DNA from: Eledone cirrhosa
Lineage: Eukaryota
Direction: 5' to 3'
Assembly: GCA_964016885.1 (NCBI GenBank)
Contig: OZ024740.1
Coordinates: forward strand, 318,060,001 to 318,124,000
Length of the DNA: 64,000 nt
The position numbers were made by a program, and so were the translations under genes. Shown here in pieces: positions 26,501 to 41,500 of the stretch. The notes below the pieces were generated by a model. The model made no database searches. It saw only the letters and a program-made list of their open reading frames with translations, and was not told the origin of the DNA. Each line of letters begins with the position of its first letter. Position 1 is the first letter of the stretch.

Positions 26501-28635
26501 TCTCGTCTATTTCCACAACATACATTCTATCTGACATTCTAACCACTCTACCAATTCGCTGTCTTTCTACTACAATACTCAACAAATAATCCAGGACTGT
26601 CTCGTCTATTTCCACAACTTACGTTCTATCTGACATTTTAAAGACTCTAACAATTCGAAGTCTTTCTACTACAATACTCAGAACAAATAATCCAGGTTTG
26701 TCTCGTCTATTTCCACAACTTACATTCTATCTAACATTCTAACGACTCTACCAATTCGAAGCCTTTTTACTACATTACTCACAACAAATAATTCAGGATT
26801 GTCTCGTCTATTTCCACAAATTACGTTCTATCTGACATTCTAACGACTCTACCAATTCGCTGTCTTTCTACTACAATACTCACAACAAATAATCCAGGAT
26901 TGTCTCGTCTATTTCCACAACTTACATTCTATCTGATATTCTAACGACTCTACCAATTCGAAGTCTTTCTACTACAATACTAATAAAAATAATCTAGGAT
27001 TGTCTCGTCTATTTCCACAACTTACATTCTATCTGACATTGAAACGACTCTATCAATTCGAAGTCTTTCTACTACAATACTAACTTCAAATAATCCAGGA
27101 TTGTCTCGTCTATTTCCACAACTTACATTCTATCTGACATTCTAACGACTCTACCAATTCGAAGTCTTTCTACTACAATACTAATAAAAATAATCTAGGA
27201 TTGTCTCGTCTATTTCCACAACTTACATTCTATCAGACATTCTAACGACTCTACCAATTCGCTGTCTTTCTACTACAATACTCACAACAAATAATCCAGG
27301 ATTGTCTCGTCTATTTCCACAACTTACATTCTATCTGATATTCTAACGACTCTACCAATTCGAAGTCTTTCTACTACAATACTCACAACAAATAATCCAG
27401 GATTGTCTCGTCTATTTCCACAACTTACATTCTATCAGACATTCTAACGACTCTACCAATTCGAAGTCTTTCTACTACAATACTAACAACAAATAATCCA
27501 GGATTGTCTCTTCTATTTCCACAACTTACATTCTATCTGACATTCTAACAACTCTACCAATTCGAAATCTTTCTACTACAATACTCACAACAAATAATCC
27601 AGGATTGTCTCGTCTATTTCCACAACTTACATTCTATCTGATATTGTAACGACTCTACCAATTCGAAGTCTTTCTACTACAATACTAACAACAAATAATC
27701 CAGGATTGTCTTTTCTATTTCCACAAATTACATACTATCTGACATTCTAACAACTCTACCAATTCGAAATCTTTCTACTACAATACTCACAACAAATAAT
27801 CCAGGATTGTCTCGTCTATTTCCACAACTTACATTCTATCTGATATTCTAACGACTCTACCAATTCGAAGTCTTTCTACTACAATACTAACAACAAATAA
27901 TCCAGGATTGTCTCGTCTATTTCCACAACTTACGTTCTATCTGACATTCTAACAACTCTACCAATTCGAAGTCTTTCTACTACAATACTCACAACAAATA
28001 ATACAGGATTGGCTCGTCTATTTCCACAACTTACATTCTATCTGACATTCTAACGACTCTACCAATTCGCTGTATTTCTACTACAATACTCACAACAAAT
28101 AATCCAGCACTGTTTCGTCTATTTCCACAACTCACATTCTATCTGACATTCTAACGACTCTACCAATTCGAAGTCTTTCTACTACAATACTCACAACAAA
28201 TAATCCAGGAATATCTCGTCTATTTCCACAACTTACATTCTATCTGACATTGAAACGACTCTATCAATTCGAAGTCTTTCTACTACAATACTAACTTCAA
28301 ATAATCCAGGATTGTCTCGTCTATTTCCACAACTTACATTCTATCTGACATTCTAACGACTCTATCAATTCGAAGTCTTTCTACTACAATACTAATAAAA
28401 ATAATCTAGGATTGTCTCGTCTATTTCCACAACTTACATTCTATCTGACATTGAAACGACTCTATCAATTCGAAGTCTTTCTACTACAATACTAACTTCA
28501 AATAATCCAGGATTGTCTCGTCTATTTCCACAACTTACATTCTATCTGACATTCTAACGACTCTACCAATTCGAAGTCTTTCTACTACAATACTAATAAA
28601 AATAATCTAGGATTGTCTCGTCTATTTCCACAACT
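20570..28635. repeat. Tandem duplication of a 40-monomer block (4032 bp)
   Basis: CAGAAC 20631/24663, TTCGAAATAT 21111/25143, CTGACATAAT 21491/25523. The offset 4032 = 40x101-8 matches two -2 and four -1 monomers per unit. Confidence 0.88.
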
Positions 28636-31600
28636 TACATTCTATCAGACATTCTAACGACTCTACCAATTCGCTGTCTTTCTACTACAATACTCACAAC
28701 AAATAATCCAGGATTGTCTCGTCTATTTCCAAAACGTACATTCTATCTGACATTCTAACGACTCTACCAATTCGAAGTTTTTCTACTACAATACTAACAA
28801 CAAATAATCCAGGATTGTCTCGTCTATTTCCACAACTTACATTCTATCTGACATTCTAACGACTCTACCAATTCGCTGTATTTCTACTACAATACTCAAA
28901 ACAAATAATCCAGGATTGTCTCGTCTATTTCCACAACATACATTCTATCTGACATTCTAACGACTCTACCAATTCGCTGTCTTTCTACTACAATACTCAA
29001 CAAATAATCCAGGACTGTCTCGTCTATTTCCACAACTTACGTTCTATCTGACATTCTAAAGACTCTAACAATTCGAAGTCTTTCTACTACAATACTCAGA
29101 ACAAATAATCCAGGTTTGCCTCGTCTATTTCCACAACTTACATTCTATCTAACATTCTAACGACTCTACCAATTCGAAGCCTTTTTACTACATTACTCAC
29201 AACAAATAATTCAGGATTGTCTCGTCTATTTCCACAACTTACATTCTATCTAACATTCTAAGGACTCTACCAATTCGAAGCCTTTTTACTACATTACTCA
29301 CAACAAATAATTCAGGATTGCCCCGTCTATTTCCACAACTTACATTCTACCTGACATTCTAACGACTCTACCAATTCGCTGTCTTTCTACTACAATACTC
29401 ACAACAAATAATCCAGGATTGTCTCGTCTATTTCCACAACTTACATTCTATCTAACATTCTAACAACTCCACAAATTCGAAATCTTTCTACTACAATACT
29501 CACAACAAATCATCCAGGATTGTCTCGTCTATTTCCACAACTTACATTCTATCTGATATTCTAACGACTCTACCAATTCGAAGTCTTTCTACTACAATAC
29601 TAACAACAAATAATCCAGGATTGTCTCTTCGATTTCCACAACTTACATTCTATCTAACATTCTAACAACTCCACCAATTCGAAATCTTTCTACTACAATA
29701 CTCACAACAAATCATCCAGGATTGTCTCGTCTATTTCCACAACATACATTCTATCTGATATTCTAACGACTCTACCAATTCGAAGTTTTTCTACTACAAT
29801 ACTAACAACAAATAATCCGGGATTGTCTCTTCTATTTCCACATCTTGCATTTAATCTGACATTCTAATGACTCTACCAATTCGAAGTCTTTCTACTACAA
29901 TACTCACAACAAATAATCCAGGATTGTCTCGTCTATTTCCACAACTTGCATTCTATCTGACATTCTAACGACTCTACCAATTCGAAGTCTTTCTACTACA
30001 ATACTCACAACAAATAATCCAGGATTGGCTCGTCTATTTCCACAAATTACATTCTATCTGACATTCTAACGACTCTACCAATTCGCTGTCTTTCTACTAC
30101 AATACTCACAACAAATAATCCAGGATTGTCTCGTCTATTTCCACAACATACATTCTATCTGACATTCTAACGACTCTACCAATTCGCTGTCTTTCTACTA
30201 CAATACTCAACAAATAATCCAGGACTGTCTCGTCTATTTCCACAACTTACGTTCTATCTGACATTCTAAAGACTCTAACAATTCGAAGTCTTTCTACTAC
30301 AATACTCAGAACAAATAATCCAGGTTTGTCTCGTCTATTTCCACAACTTACATTCTATCTAACATTCTAACGACTCTACCAATTCGAAGCCTTTTTACTA
30401 CATTACTCACAACAAATAATTCAGGATTGTCTCGTCTATTTCCACAAATTACGTTCTATCTGATATTCCAACGACTCTACCAATTCGCTGTCTTTCTACT
30501 ACAATACTCACAACAAATAATCCAGGATTGTCTCGTCTATTTCCACAACTTACATTCTATCTGATATTCTAACGACTCTACCAATTCGAAGTCTTTCTAC
30601 TACAATACTCACAACAAATAATCCAGGATTGTCTCGTCTATTTCCACAACTTACATTCTATCTGATATTCTAACGACTCTACCAAATCGAAGTCTTTCTA
30701 CTACAATACTCACAACAAATAATCCAGGATTGTCTCGTCTATTTCCACAACTTGCATTCTATCTGACATTCTAACGACTCTACCAATTCGAAGTCTTTCT
30801 ACTACAATACTCACAACAAATAATCCAGGATTGTCTCGTCTATTTCCACAAATTACATTCTATCTGACATTCTAACGACTCTACCAATTCGCTGTCTTTC
30901 TACTACAATACTCACAACAAATAATCCAGGATTGTCTCGTCTATTTCCACAACATACATTCTATCTGACATTCTAACGACTCTACCAATTCGCTGTCTTT
31001 CTACTACAATACTCAACAAATAATCCAGGACTGTCTCGTCTATTTCCACAACTTACGTTCTATCTGACATTCTAAAGACTCTAACAATTCGAAGACTTTC
31101 TACTACAATACTAACAACAAATAATCCAGGATTGTCTCGTCTATTTCCACAACTTACGTTCTATCTGACATTCTAACAACTCTACCAATTCGAAGTCTTT
31201 CTACTACAATACTCACAACAAATAATACAGGATTGGCTCGTCTATTTCCACAACTTACATTCTATCTGACATTCTAACGACTCTACCAATTCGCTGTATT
31301 TCTACTACAATACTCACAACAAATAATCCAGCACTGTTTCGTCTATTTCCACAACTCACATTCTATCTGACATTCTAACGACTCTACCAATTCGAAGTCT
31401 TTCTACTACAATACTCACAACAAATAATCCAGGATTGTCTAGTCTATTTCCACAAATTACATTCTATCTGACATTCTAACGACTCTACCAATTCGCTGTC
31501 TTTCTACTACAATACTCACAACAAATAATCCAGGATTGTCTCGTCTATTTCCACAACATACATTCTATCTGACATTCTAACCACTCTACCAATTCGCTGT

Positions 31601-34600
31601 CTTTCTACTACAATACTCAACAAATAATCCAGGACTGTCTCGTCTATTTCCACAACTTACGTTCTATCTGACATTTTAAAGACTCTAACAATTCGAAGTC
31701 TTTCTACTACAATACTCAGAACAAATAATCCAGGTTTGTCTCGTCTATTTCCACAACTTACATTCTATCTAACATTCTAACGACTCTACCAATTCGAAGC
31801 CTTTTTACTACATTACTCACAACAAATAATTCAGGATTGTCTCGTCTATTTCCACAAATTACGTTCTATCTGACATTCTAACGACTCTACCAATTCGCTG
31901 TCTTTCTACTACAATACTCACAACAAATAATCCAGGATTGTCTCGTCTATTTCCACAACTTACATTCTATCTGATATTCTAACGACTCTACCAATTCGAA
32001 GTCTTTCTACTACAATACTAATAAAAATAATCTAGGATTGTCTCGTCTATTTCCACAACTTACATTCTATCTGACATTGAAACGACTCTATCAATTCGAA
32101 GTCTTTCTACTACAATACTAACTTCAAATAATCCAGGATTGTCTCGTCTATTTCCACAACTTACATTCTATCTGACATTCTAACGACTCTACCAATTCGA
32201 AGTCTTTCTACTACAATACTAATAAAAATAATCTAGGATTGTCTCGTCTATTTCCACAACTTACATTCTATCAGACATTCTAACGACTCTACCAATTCGC
32301 TGTCTTTCTACTACAATACTCACAACAAATAATCCAGGATTGTCTCGTCTATTTCCACAACTTACATTCTATCTGATATTCTAACGACTCTACCAATTCG
32401 AAGTCTTTCTACTACAATACTCACAACAAATAATCCAGGATTGTCTCGTCTATTTCCACAACTTACATTCTATCAGACATTCTAACGACTCTACCAATTC
32501 GAAGTCTTTCTACTACAATACTAACAACAAATAATCCAGGATTGTCTCTTCTATTTCCACAACTTACATTCTATCTGACATTCTAACAACTCTACCAATT
32601 CGAAATCTTTCTACTACAATACTCACAACAAATAATCCAGGATTGTCTCGTCTATTTCCACAACTTACATTCTATCTGATATTGTAACGACTCTACCAAT
32701 TCGAAGTCTTTCTACTACAATACTAACAACAAATAATCCAGGATTGTCTTTTCTATTTCCACAAATTACATACTATCTGACATTCTAACAACTCTACCAA
32801 TTCGAAATCTTTCTACTACAATACTCACAACAAATAATCCAGGATTGTCTCGTCTATTTCCACAACTTACATTCTATCTGATATTCTAACGACTCTACCA
32901 ATTCGAAGTCTTTCTACTACAATACTAACAACAAATAATCCAGGATTGTCTCGTCTATTTCCACAACTTACGTTCTATCTGACATTCTAATAACTCGACC
33001 AATTCGAAGTCTTTCTACTACAATACTCACAACAAATAATACAGGATTGGCTCGTCTATTTCCACAACTTACATTCTATCTGACATTCTAACGACTCTAC
33101 CAATTCGCTGTATTTCTACTACAATACTCACAACAAATAATCCAGCACTGTTTCGTCTATTTCCACAACTCACATTCTATCTGACATTCTAACGACTCTA
33201 CCAATTCGAAGTCTTTCTACTACAATACTCACAACAAATAATCCAGGAATATCTCGTCTATTTCCACAACTTACATTCTATCTGACATTGAAACGACTCT
33301 ATCAATTCGAAGTCTTTCTACTACAATACTAACTTCAAATAATCCAGGATTGTCTCGTCTATTTCCACAACTTACATTCTATCTGACATTCTAACGACTC
33401 TATCAATTCGAAGTCTTTCTACTACAATACTAATAAAAATAATCTAGGATTGTCTCGTCTATTTCCACAACTTACATTCTATCTGACATTGAAACGACTC
33501 TATCAATTCGAAGTCTTTCTACTACAATACTAACTTCAAATAATCCAGGATTGTCTCGTCTATTTCCACAACTTACATTCTATCTGACATTCTAACGACT
33601 CTACCAATTCGAAGTCTTTCTACTACAATACTAATAAAAATAATCTAGGATTGTCTCGTCTATTTCCACAACTTACATTCTATCAGACATTCTAACGACT
33701 CTACCAATTCGCTGTCTTTCTACTACAATACTCACAACAAATAATCCAGGATTGTCTCGTCTATTTCCAAAACGTACATTCTATCTGACATTCTAACGAC
33801 TCTACCAATTCGAAGTTTTTCTACTACAATACTAACAACAAATAATCCAGGATTGTCTCGTCTATTTCCACAACTTACATTCTATCTGACATTCTAACGA
33901 CTCTACCAATTCGCTGTATTTCTACTACAATACTCAAAACAAATAATCCAGGATTGTCTCGTCTATTTCCACAACATACATTCTATCTGACATTCTAACG
34001 ACTCTACCAATTCGCTGTCTTTCTACTACAATACTCAACAAATAATCCAGGACTGTCTCGTCTATTTCCACAACTTACGTTCTATCTGACATTCTAAAGA
34101 CTCTAACAATTCGAAGTCTTTCTACTACAATACTCAGAACAAATAATCCAGGTTTGCCTCGTCTATTTCCACAACTTACATTCTATCTAACATTCTAACG
34201 ACTCTACCAATTCGAAGCCTTTTTACTACATTACTCACAACAAATAATTCAGGATTGTCTCGTCTATTTCCACAACTTACATTCTATCTAACATTCTAAG
34301 GACTCTACCAATTCGAAGCCTTTTTACTACATTACTCACAACAAATAATTCAGGATTGCCCCGTCTATTTCCACAACTTACATTCTACCTGACATTCTAA
34401 CGACTCTACCAATTCGCTGTCTTTCTACTACAATACTCACAACAAATAATCCAGGATTGTCTCGTCTATTTCCACAACTTACATTCTATCTAACATTCTA
34501 ACAACTCCACAAATTCGAAATCTTTCTACTACAATACTCACAACAAATCATCCAGGATTGTCTCGTCTATTTCCACAACTTACATTCTATCTGATATTCT

Positions 34601-36468
34601 AACGACTCTACCAATTCGAAGTCTTTCTACTACAATACTAACAACAAATAATCCAGGATTGTCTCTTCGATTTCCACAACTTACATTCTATCTAACATTC
34701 TAACAACTCCACCAATTCGAAATCTTTCTACTACAATACTCACAACAAATCATCCAGGATTGTCTCGTCTATTTCCACAACATACATTCTATCTGATATT
34801 CTAACGACTCTACCAATTCGAAGTTTTTCTACTACAATACTAACAACAAATAATCCGGGATTGTCTCTTCTATTTCCACATCTTGCATTTAATCTGACAT
34901 TCTAATGACTCTACCAATTCGAAGTCTTTCTACTACAATACTCACAACAAATAATCCAGGATTGTCTCGTCTATTTCCACAACTTGCATTCTATCTGACA
35001 TTCTAACGACTCTACCAATTCGAAGTCTTTCTACTACAATACTCACAACAAATAATCCAGGATTGGCTCGTCTATTTCCACAAATTACATTCTATCTGAC
35101 ATTCTAACGACTCTACCAATTCGCTGTCTTTCTACTACAATACTCACAACAAATAATCCAGGATTGTCTCGTCTATTTCCACAACATACATTCTATCTGA
35201 CATTCTAACGACTCTACCAATTCGCTGTCTTTCTACTACAATACTCAACAAATAATCCAGGACTGTCTCGTCTATTTCCACAACTTACGTTCTATCTGAC
35301 ATTCTAAAGACTCTAACAATTCGAAGTCTTTCTACTACAATACTCAGAACAAATAATCCAGGTTTGTCTCGTCTATTTCCACAACTTACATTCTATCTAA
35401 CATTCTAACGACTCTACCAATTCGAAGCCTTTTTACTACATTACTCACAACAAATAATTCAGGATTGTCTCGTCTATTTCCACAAATTACGTTCTATCTG
35501 ATATTCCAACGACTCTACCAATTCGCTGTCTTTCTACTACAATACTCACAACAAATAATCCAGGATTGTCTCGTCTATTTCCACAACTTACATTCTATCT
35601 GATATTCTAACGACTCTACCAATTCGAAGTCTTTCTACTACAATACTCACAACAAATAATCCAGGATTGTCTCGTCTATTTCCACAACTTACATTCTATC
35701 TGATATTCTAACGACTCTACCAAATCGAAGTCTTTCTACTACAATACTCACAACAAATAATCCAGGATTGTCTCGTCTATTTCCACAACTTGCATTCTAT
35801 CTGACATTCTAACGACTCTACCAATTCGAAGTCTTTCTACTACAATACTCACAACAAATAATCCAGGATTGTCTCGTCTATTTCCACAAATTACATTCTA
35901 TCTGACATTCTAACGACTCTACCAATTCGCTGTCTTTCTACTACAATACTCACAACAAATAATCCAGGATTGTCTCGTCTATTTCCACAACATACATTCT
36001 ATCTGACATTCTAACGACTCTACCAATTCGCTGTCTTTCTACTACAATACTCAACAAATAATCCAGGACTGTCTCGTCTATTTCCACAACTTACGTTCTA
36101 TCTGACATTCTAAAGACTCTAACAATTCGAAGACTTTCTACTACAATACTAACAACAAATAATCCAGGATTGTCTCGTCTATTTCCACAACTTACGTTCT
36201 ATCTGACATTCTAACAACTCTACCAATTCGAAGTCTTTCTACTACAATACTCACAACAAATAATACAGGATTGGCTCGTCTATTTCCACAACTTACATTC
36301 TATCTGACATTCTAACGACTCTACCAATTCGCTGTATTTCTACTACAATACTCACAACAAATAATCCAGCACTGTTTCGTCTATTTCCACAACTCACATT
36401 CTATCTGACATTCTAACGACTCTACCAATTCGAAGTCTTTCTACTACAATACTCACAACAAATAATCC
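26390..36468. repeat. Tandem duplication of a 50-monomer block (5038 bp)
   Basis: CTAGT 26401/31439, AACCACT 26541/31579, AAAACGT 28731/33769, the G of TTCGATTT 29631/34669, TAATCCGG 29813/34851. Offset 5038 = 50x101-12. Confidence 0.9.
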
Positions 36469-38529
36469 AGGAATATCTCGTCTATTTCCACAACTTACAT
36501 TCTATCTGACATTGAAACGACTCTATCAATTCGAAGTCTTTCTACTACAATACTAACTTCAAATAATCCAGGATTGTCTCGTCTATTTCCACAACTTACG
36601 TTCCATCTGACATTCTAACGACTCTATCAATTCGAAGTCTTTCTACTACAATACTAATAAAAATAATCCAGGATTGTCTCGTCTATTTCCACAACTTGCA
36701 TTCTATCTGACATTCTAACGACTCTACCAATTCGAAGTCTTTCTACTACAATACTCACAACAAATAATCCAGGATTGTCTCGTCTATTTCCACAAATTAC
36801 ATTCTATCTGACATTCTAACGACTCTACCAATTCGCTGTCTTTCTACTACAATACTCAGAACAAATAATCCAGGTTTGTCTCGTCTATTTCCACAACTTA
36901 CATTCTATCTAACATTCTAACGACTCTACCAATTCGAAGCCTTTTTACTACATTACTCACAACAAATAATTCAGGATTGTCTCGTCTATTTCCACAAATT
37001 ACGTTCTATCTGACATTCTAACGACTCTATCAATTCGCTGTCTTTCTACTACAATACTCAGAACAAATAATCCAGGATTGTCTCGTCTATTTCCACAACT
37101 TACATTCTATCTGATATTCTAACGACTCTACCAATTCGAAGTCTTTCTACTACAATACTCACAACAAATAATCCAGGATTGTCTCGTCTATTTCCACAAC
37201 TTACATTCTATCTGATATTCTAACGACTCTACCAATTCGAAGTCTTTCTACTACAATACTCACAACAAATAATCCAGGATTGTCTCGTCTATTTCCACAA
37301 CTTACATTCTATCTGATATTCTAACGACTCTACCAAATCGAAGTCTTTCTACTACAATACTCACAACAAATAATCCAGGATTGTCTCGTCTATTTCCACA
37401 ACTTGCATTCTATCTGACATTCTAACGACTCTACCAATTCGAGGTCTTTCTACTACAATACTCAACAAATAATCCAGGACTGTCTCGTCTATTTCCACAA
37501 CTTACGTGCTATCTGACATTCTAAAGACTCTAACAATTCGAAGTCTTTCTACTACAATACTCAGAACAAATAATCCAGGTTTGTCTCGTCTATTTCCACA
37601 ACTTACATTCTATCTAACATTCTAACGACTCTACCAATTCGAAGCCTTTTTACTACATTACTCACAACAAATAATTCAGGATTGTCTCGTCTATTTCCAC
37701 AACTTACATTCTATCTGATATTCTAACGACTCTACCAATTCGAAGTCTTTCTACTACAATACTAATAAAAATAATCTAGGATTGTCTCGTCTATTTCCAC
37801 AACTTACATTCTATCTGACATTGAAACGACTCTATCAATTCGAAGTCTTTCTACTACAATACTAACTTCAAATAATCCAGGATTGTCTCGTCTATTTCCA
37901 CAACTTACATTCTATCTGACATTCTAACGACTCTACCAATTCGAAGTCTTTCTACTACAATACTCACAACAAATAATCCAGGATTGTCTCGTCTATTTCC
38001 ACAACTTACATTCTATCTGATATTCTCACGACTCTACCAATTCGAAGTCTTTCTACTACAATACTAACAACAAATAATCCAGGATTGTCTCTTCTATTTC
38101 CACAACTTACATTCTATCTGACATTCTAACAACTCTACCAATTCGAAATCTTTCTACTACAATACTCACAACAAATAATCCAGGATTGGCTCGTCTATTT
38201 CCACAACTTACATTCTATCTGATATTCTAACGACTCTACCAATTCGAAGTCTTTCTACTACAATACTAACAACAAATAATCCAGGATTGTCTTTTCTATT
38301 TCCACAAATTACATTCTATCTGACATTCTAACAACTCTACCAATTCGAAATCTTTCTACTACAATACTCACAACAAATAATCCAGGATTGTCTCGTCTAT
38401 TTCCACAACTTACATTCTATCTGATATTCTAACGACTCTACCAATTCGAAGTCTTTCTACTACAATACTAACAACAAATAATCCAGGATTGTCTCGTCTA
38501 TTTCCACAACTTACGTTCTATCTGACATT

Positions 38530-41500
38530 CTAACAACTCTACCAATTCGAAGTCTTTCTACTACAATACTCACAACAAATAATACAGGATTGGCTCGTCT
38601 ATTTCCACAACTTACATTCTATCTGACATTCTAACGACTCTACCAATTCGCTGTATTTCTACTACAATACTCACAACAAATAATCCAGCACTGTTTCGTC
38701 TATTTCCACAACTCACATTCTATCTGACATTCTAACGACTCTACCAATTCGAAGTCTTTCTACTACAATACTCGCAACAAATAATCCAGGAATATCTCGT
38801 CTATTTCCACAACTTACATTCTATCTGACATTGAAACGACTCTATCAATTCGAAGTCTTTCTACTACAATACTAACTTCAAATAATCCAGGATTGTCTCG
38901 TCTATTTCCACAACTTACATTCTATCTGACATTCTAACGACTCTATCAATTCGAAGTCTTTCTACTACAATACTAATAAAAATAATCTAGGATTGTCTCG
39001 TCTATTTCCACAACTTACATTCTATCTGACATTGAAACGACTCTATCAATTCGAAGTCTTTCTACTACAATACTAACTTCAAATAATCCAGGATTGTCTC
39101 GTCTATTTCCACAACTTACATTCTATCTGACATTCTAACGACTCTACCAATTCGAAGTCTTTCTACTACAATACTAATAAAAATAATCTAGGATTGTCTC
39201 GTCTATTTCCACAACTTACATTCTATCAGACATTCTAACGACTCTACCAATTCGCTGTCTTTCTACTACAATACTCACAACAAATAATCCAGGATTGTCT
39301 CGTCTATTTCCAAAACGTACATTCTATCTGACATTCTAACGACTCTACCAATTCGAAATTTTTCTACTACAATACTAACAACAAATAATCCAGGATTGTC
39401 TCGTCTATTTCCACAACTTACATTCTATCTGACATTCTAACGACTCTACCAATTCGCTGTATTTCTACTACAATACTCACAACAAATAATCCAGGATTGT
39501 CTCGTCTATTTCCACAACATACATTCTATCTGACATTCTAACGACTCTACCAATTCGCTGTCTTTCTACTACAATACTCAACAAATAATCCAGGACTGTC
39601 TCGTCTATTTCCACAACTTACGTTCTATCTGACATTCTAAAGACTCTAACAATTCGAAGTCTTTCTACTACAATACTCAGAACAAATAATCCAGGTTTGC
39701 CTCGTCTATTTCCACAACTTACATTCTATCTAACATTCTAACGACTCTACCAATTCGAAGCCTTTTTACTACATTACTCACAACAAATAATTCAGGATTG
39801 TCTCGTCTATTTCCACAACTTACATTCTATCTAACATTCTAAGGACTCTACCAATTCGAAGCCTTTTTACTACATTACTCACAACAAATAATTCAGGATT
39901 GCCCCGTCTATTTCCACAACTTACATTCTACCTGACATTCTAACGACTCTACCAATTCGCTGTCTTTCTACTACAATACTCACAACAAATAATCCAGGAT
40001 TGTCTCGTCTATTTCCACAACTTACATTCTATCAAACATTCTAACAACTCCACAAATTCGAAATCTTTCTACTACAATACTCACAACAAATCATCCAGGA
40101 TTGTCTCGTCTATTTCCACAACTTACATTCTATCTGATATTCTAACGACTCTACCAATTCGAAGTCTTTCTACTACAATACTAACAACAAATAATCCAGG
40201 ATTGTCTCTTCTATTTCCACAACTTACATTCTATCTAACATTCTAACAACTCCACCAATTCGAAATCTTTCTACTACAATACTCACAACAAATCATCCAG
40301 GATTGTCTCGTCTATTTCCACAACATACATTCTATCTGATATTCTAACGACTCTACCAATTCGAAGTTTTTCTACTACAATACTAACAACAAATAATCCA
40401 GGATTGTCTCTTCTATTTCCACATCTTGCATTCTATCTGACATTCTAATGACTCTACCAATTCGAAGTCTTTCTACTACAATACTCACAACAAATAATCC
40501 AGGATTGTCTCGTCTATTTCCACAACTTGCATTCTATCTGACATTCTAACGACTCTACCAATTCGAAGTCTTTCTACTACAATACTCACAACAAATAATC
40601 CAGGATTGTCTCGTCTATTTCCACAACATACATTCTATCTGACATTCTAACGACTCTACCAATTCGCTGTCTTTCTACTACAATACTCAACAAATAATCC
40701 AGGACTGTCTCGTCTATTTCCACAACTTACGTTCTATCTGACATTCTAAAGACTCTAACAATTCGAAGTCTTTCTACTACAATACTCAGAACAAATAATC
40801 CAGGTTTGTCTCGTCTATTTCCACAACTTACATTCTATCTAACATTCTAACGACTCTACCAATTCGAAGCCTTTTTACTACATTACTCACAACAAATAAT
40901 TCAGGATTGTCTCGTCTATTTCCACAAATTACGTTCTATCTGACATTCTAACGACTCTACCAATTCGCTGTCTTTCTACTACAATACTCACAACAAATAA
41001 TCCAGGATTGTCTCGTCTATTTCCACAACTTACATTCTATCTGATATTCTAACGACTCTACCAATTCGAAGTCTTTCTACTACAATACTCACAACAAATA
41101 ATCCAGGATTGTCTCGTCTATTTCCACAACTTACATTCTATCTGATATTCTAACGACTCTACCAATTCGAAGTCTTTCTACTACAATACTCACAACAAAT
41201 AATCCAGGATTGTCTCGTCTATTTCCACAACTTACATTCTATCTGATATTCTAACGACTCTACCAAATCGAAGTCTTTCTACTACAATACTCACAACAAA
41301 TAATCCAGGATTGTCTCGTCTATTTCCACAACTTGCATTCTATCTGACATTCTAACGACTCTACCAATTCGAAGTCTTTCTACTACAATACTCACAACAA
41401 ATAATACAGGATTGGCTCGTCTATTTCCACAACTTACATTCTATCTGACATTCTAACGACTCTACCAATTCGCTGTATTTCTACTACAATACTCACAACA

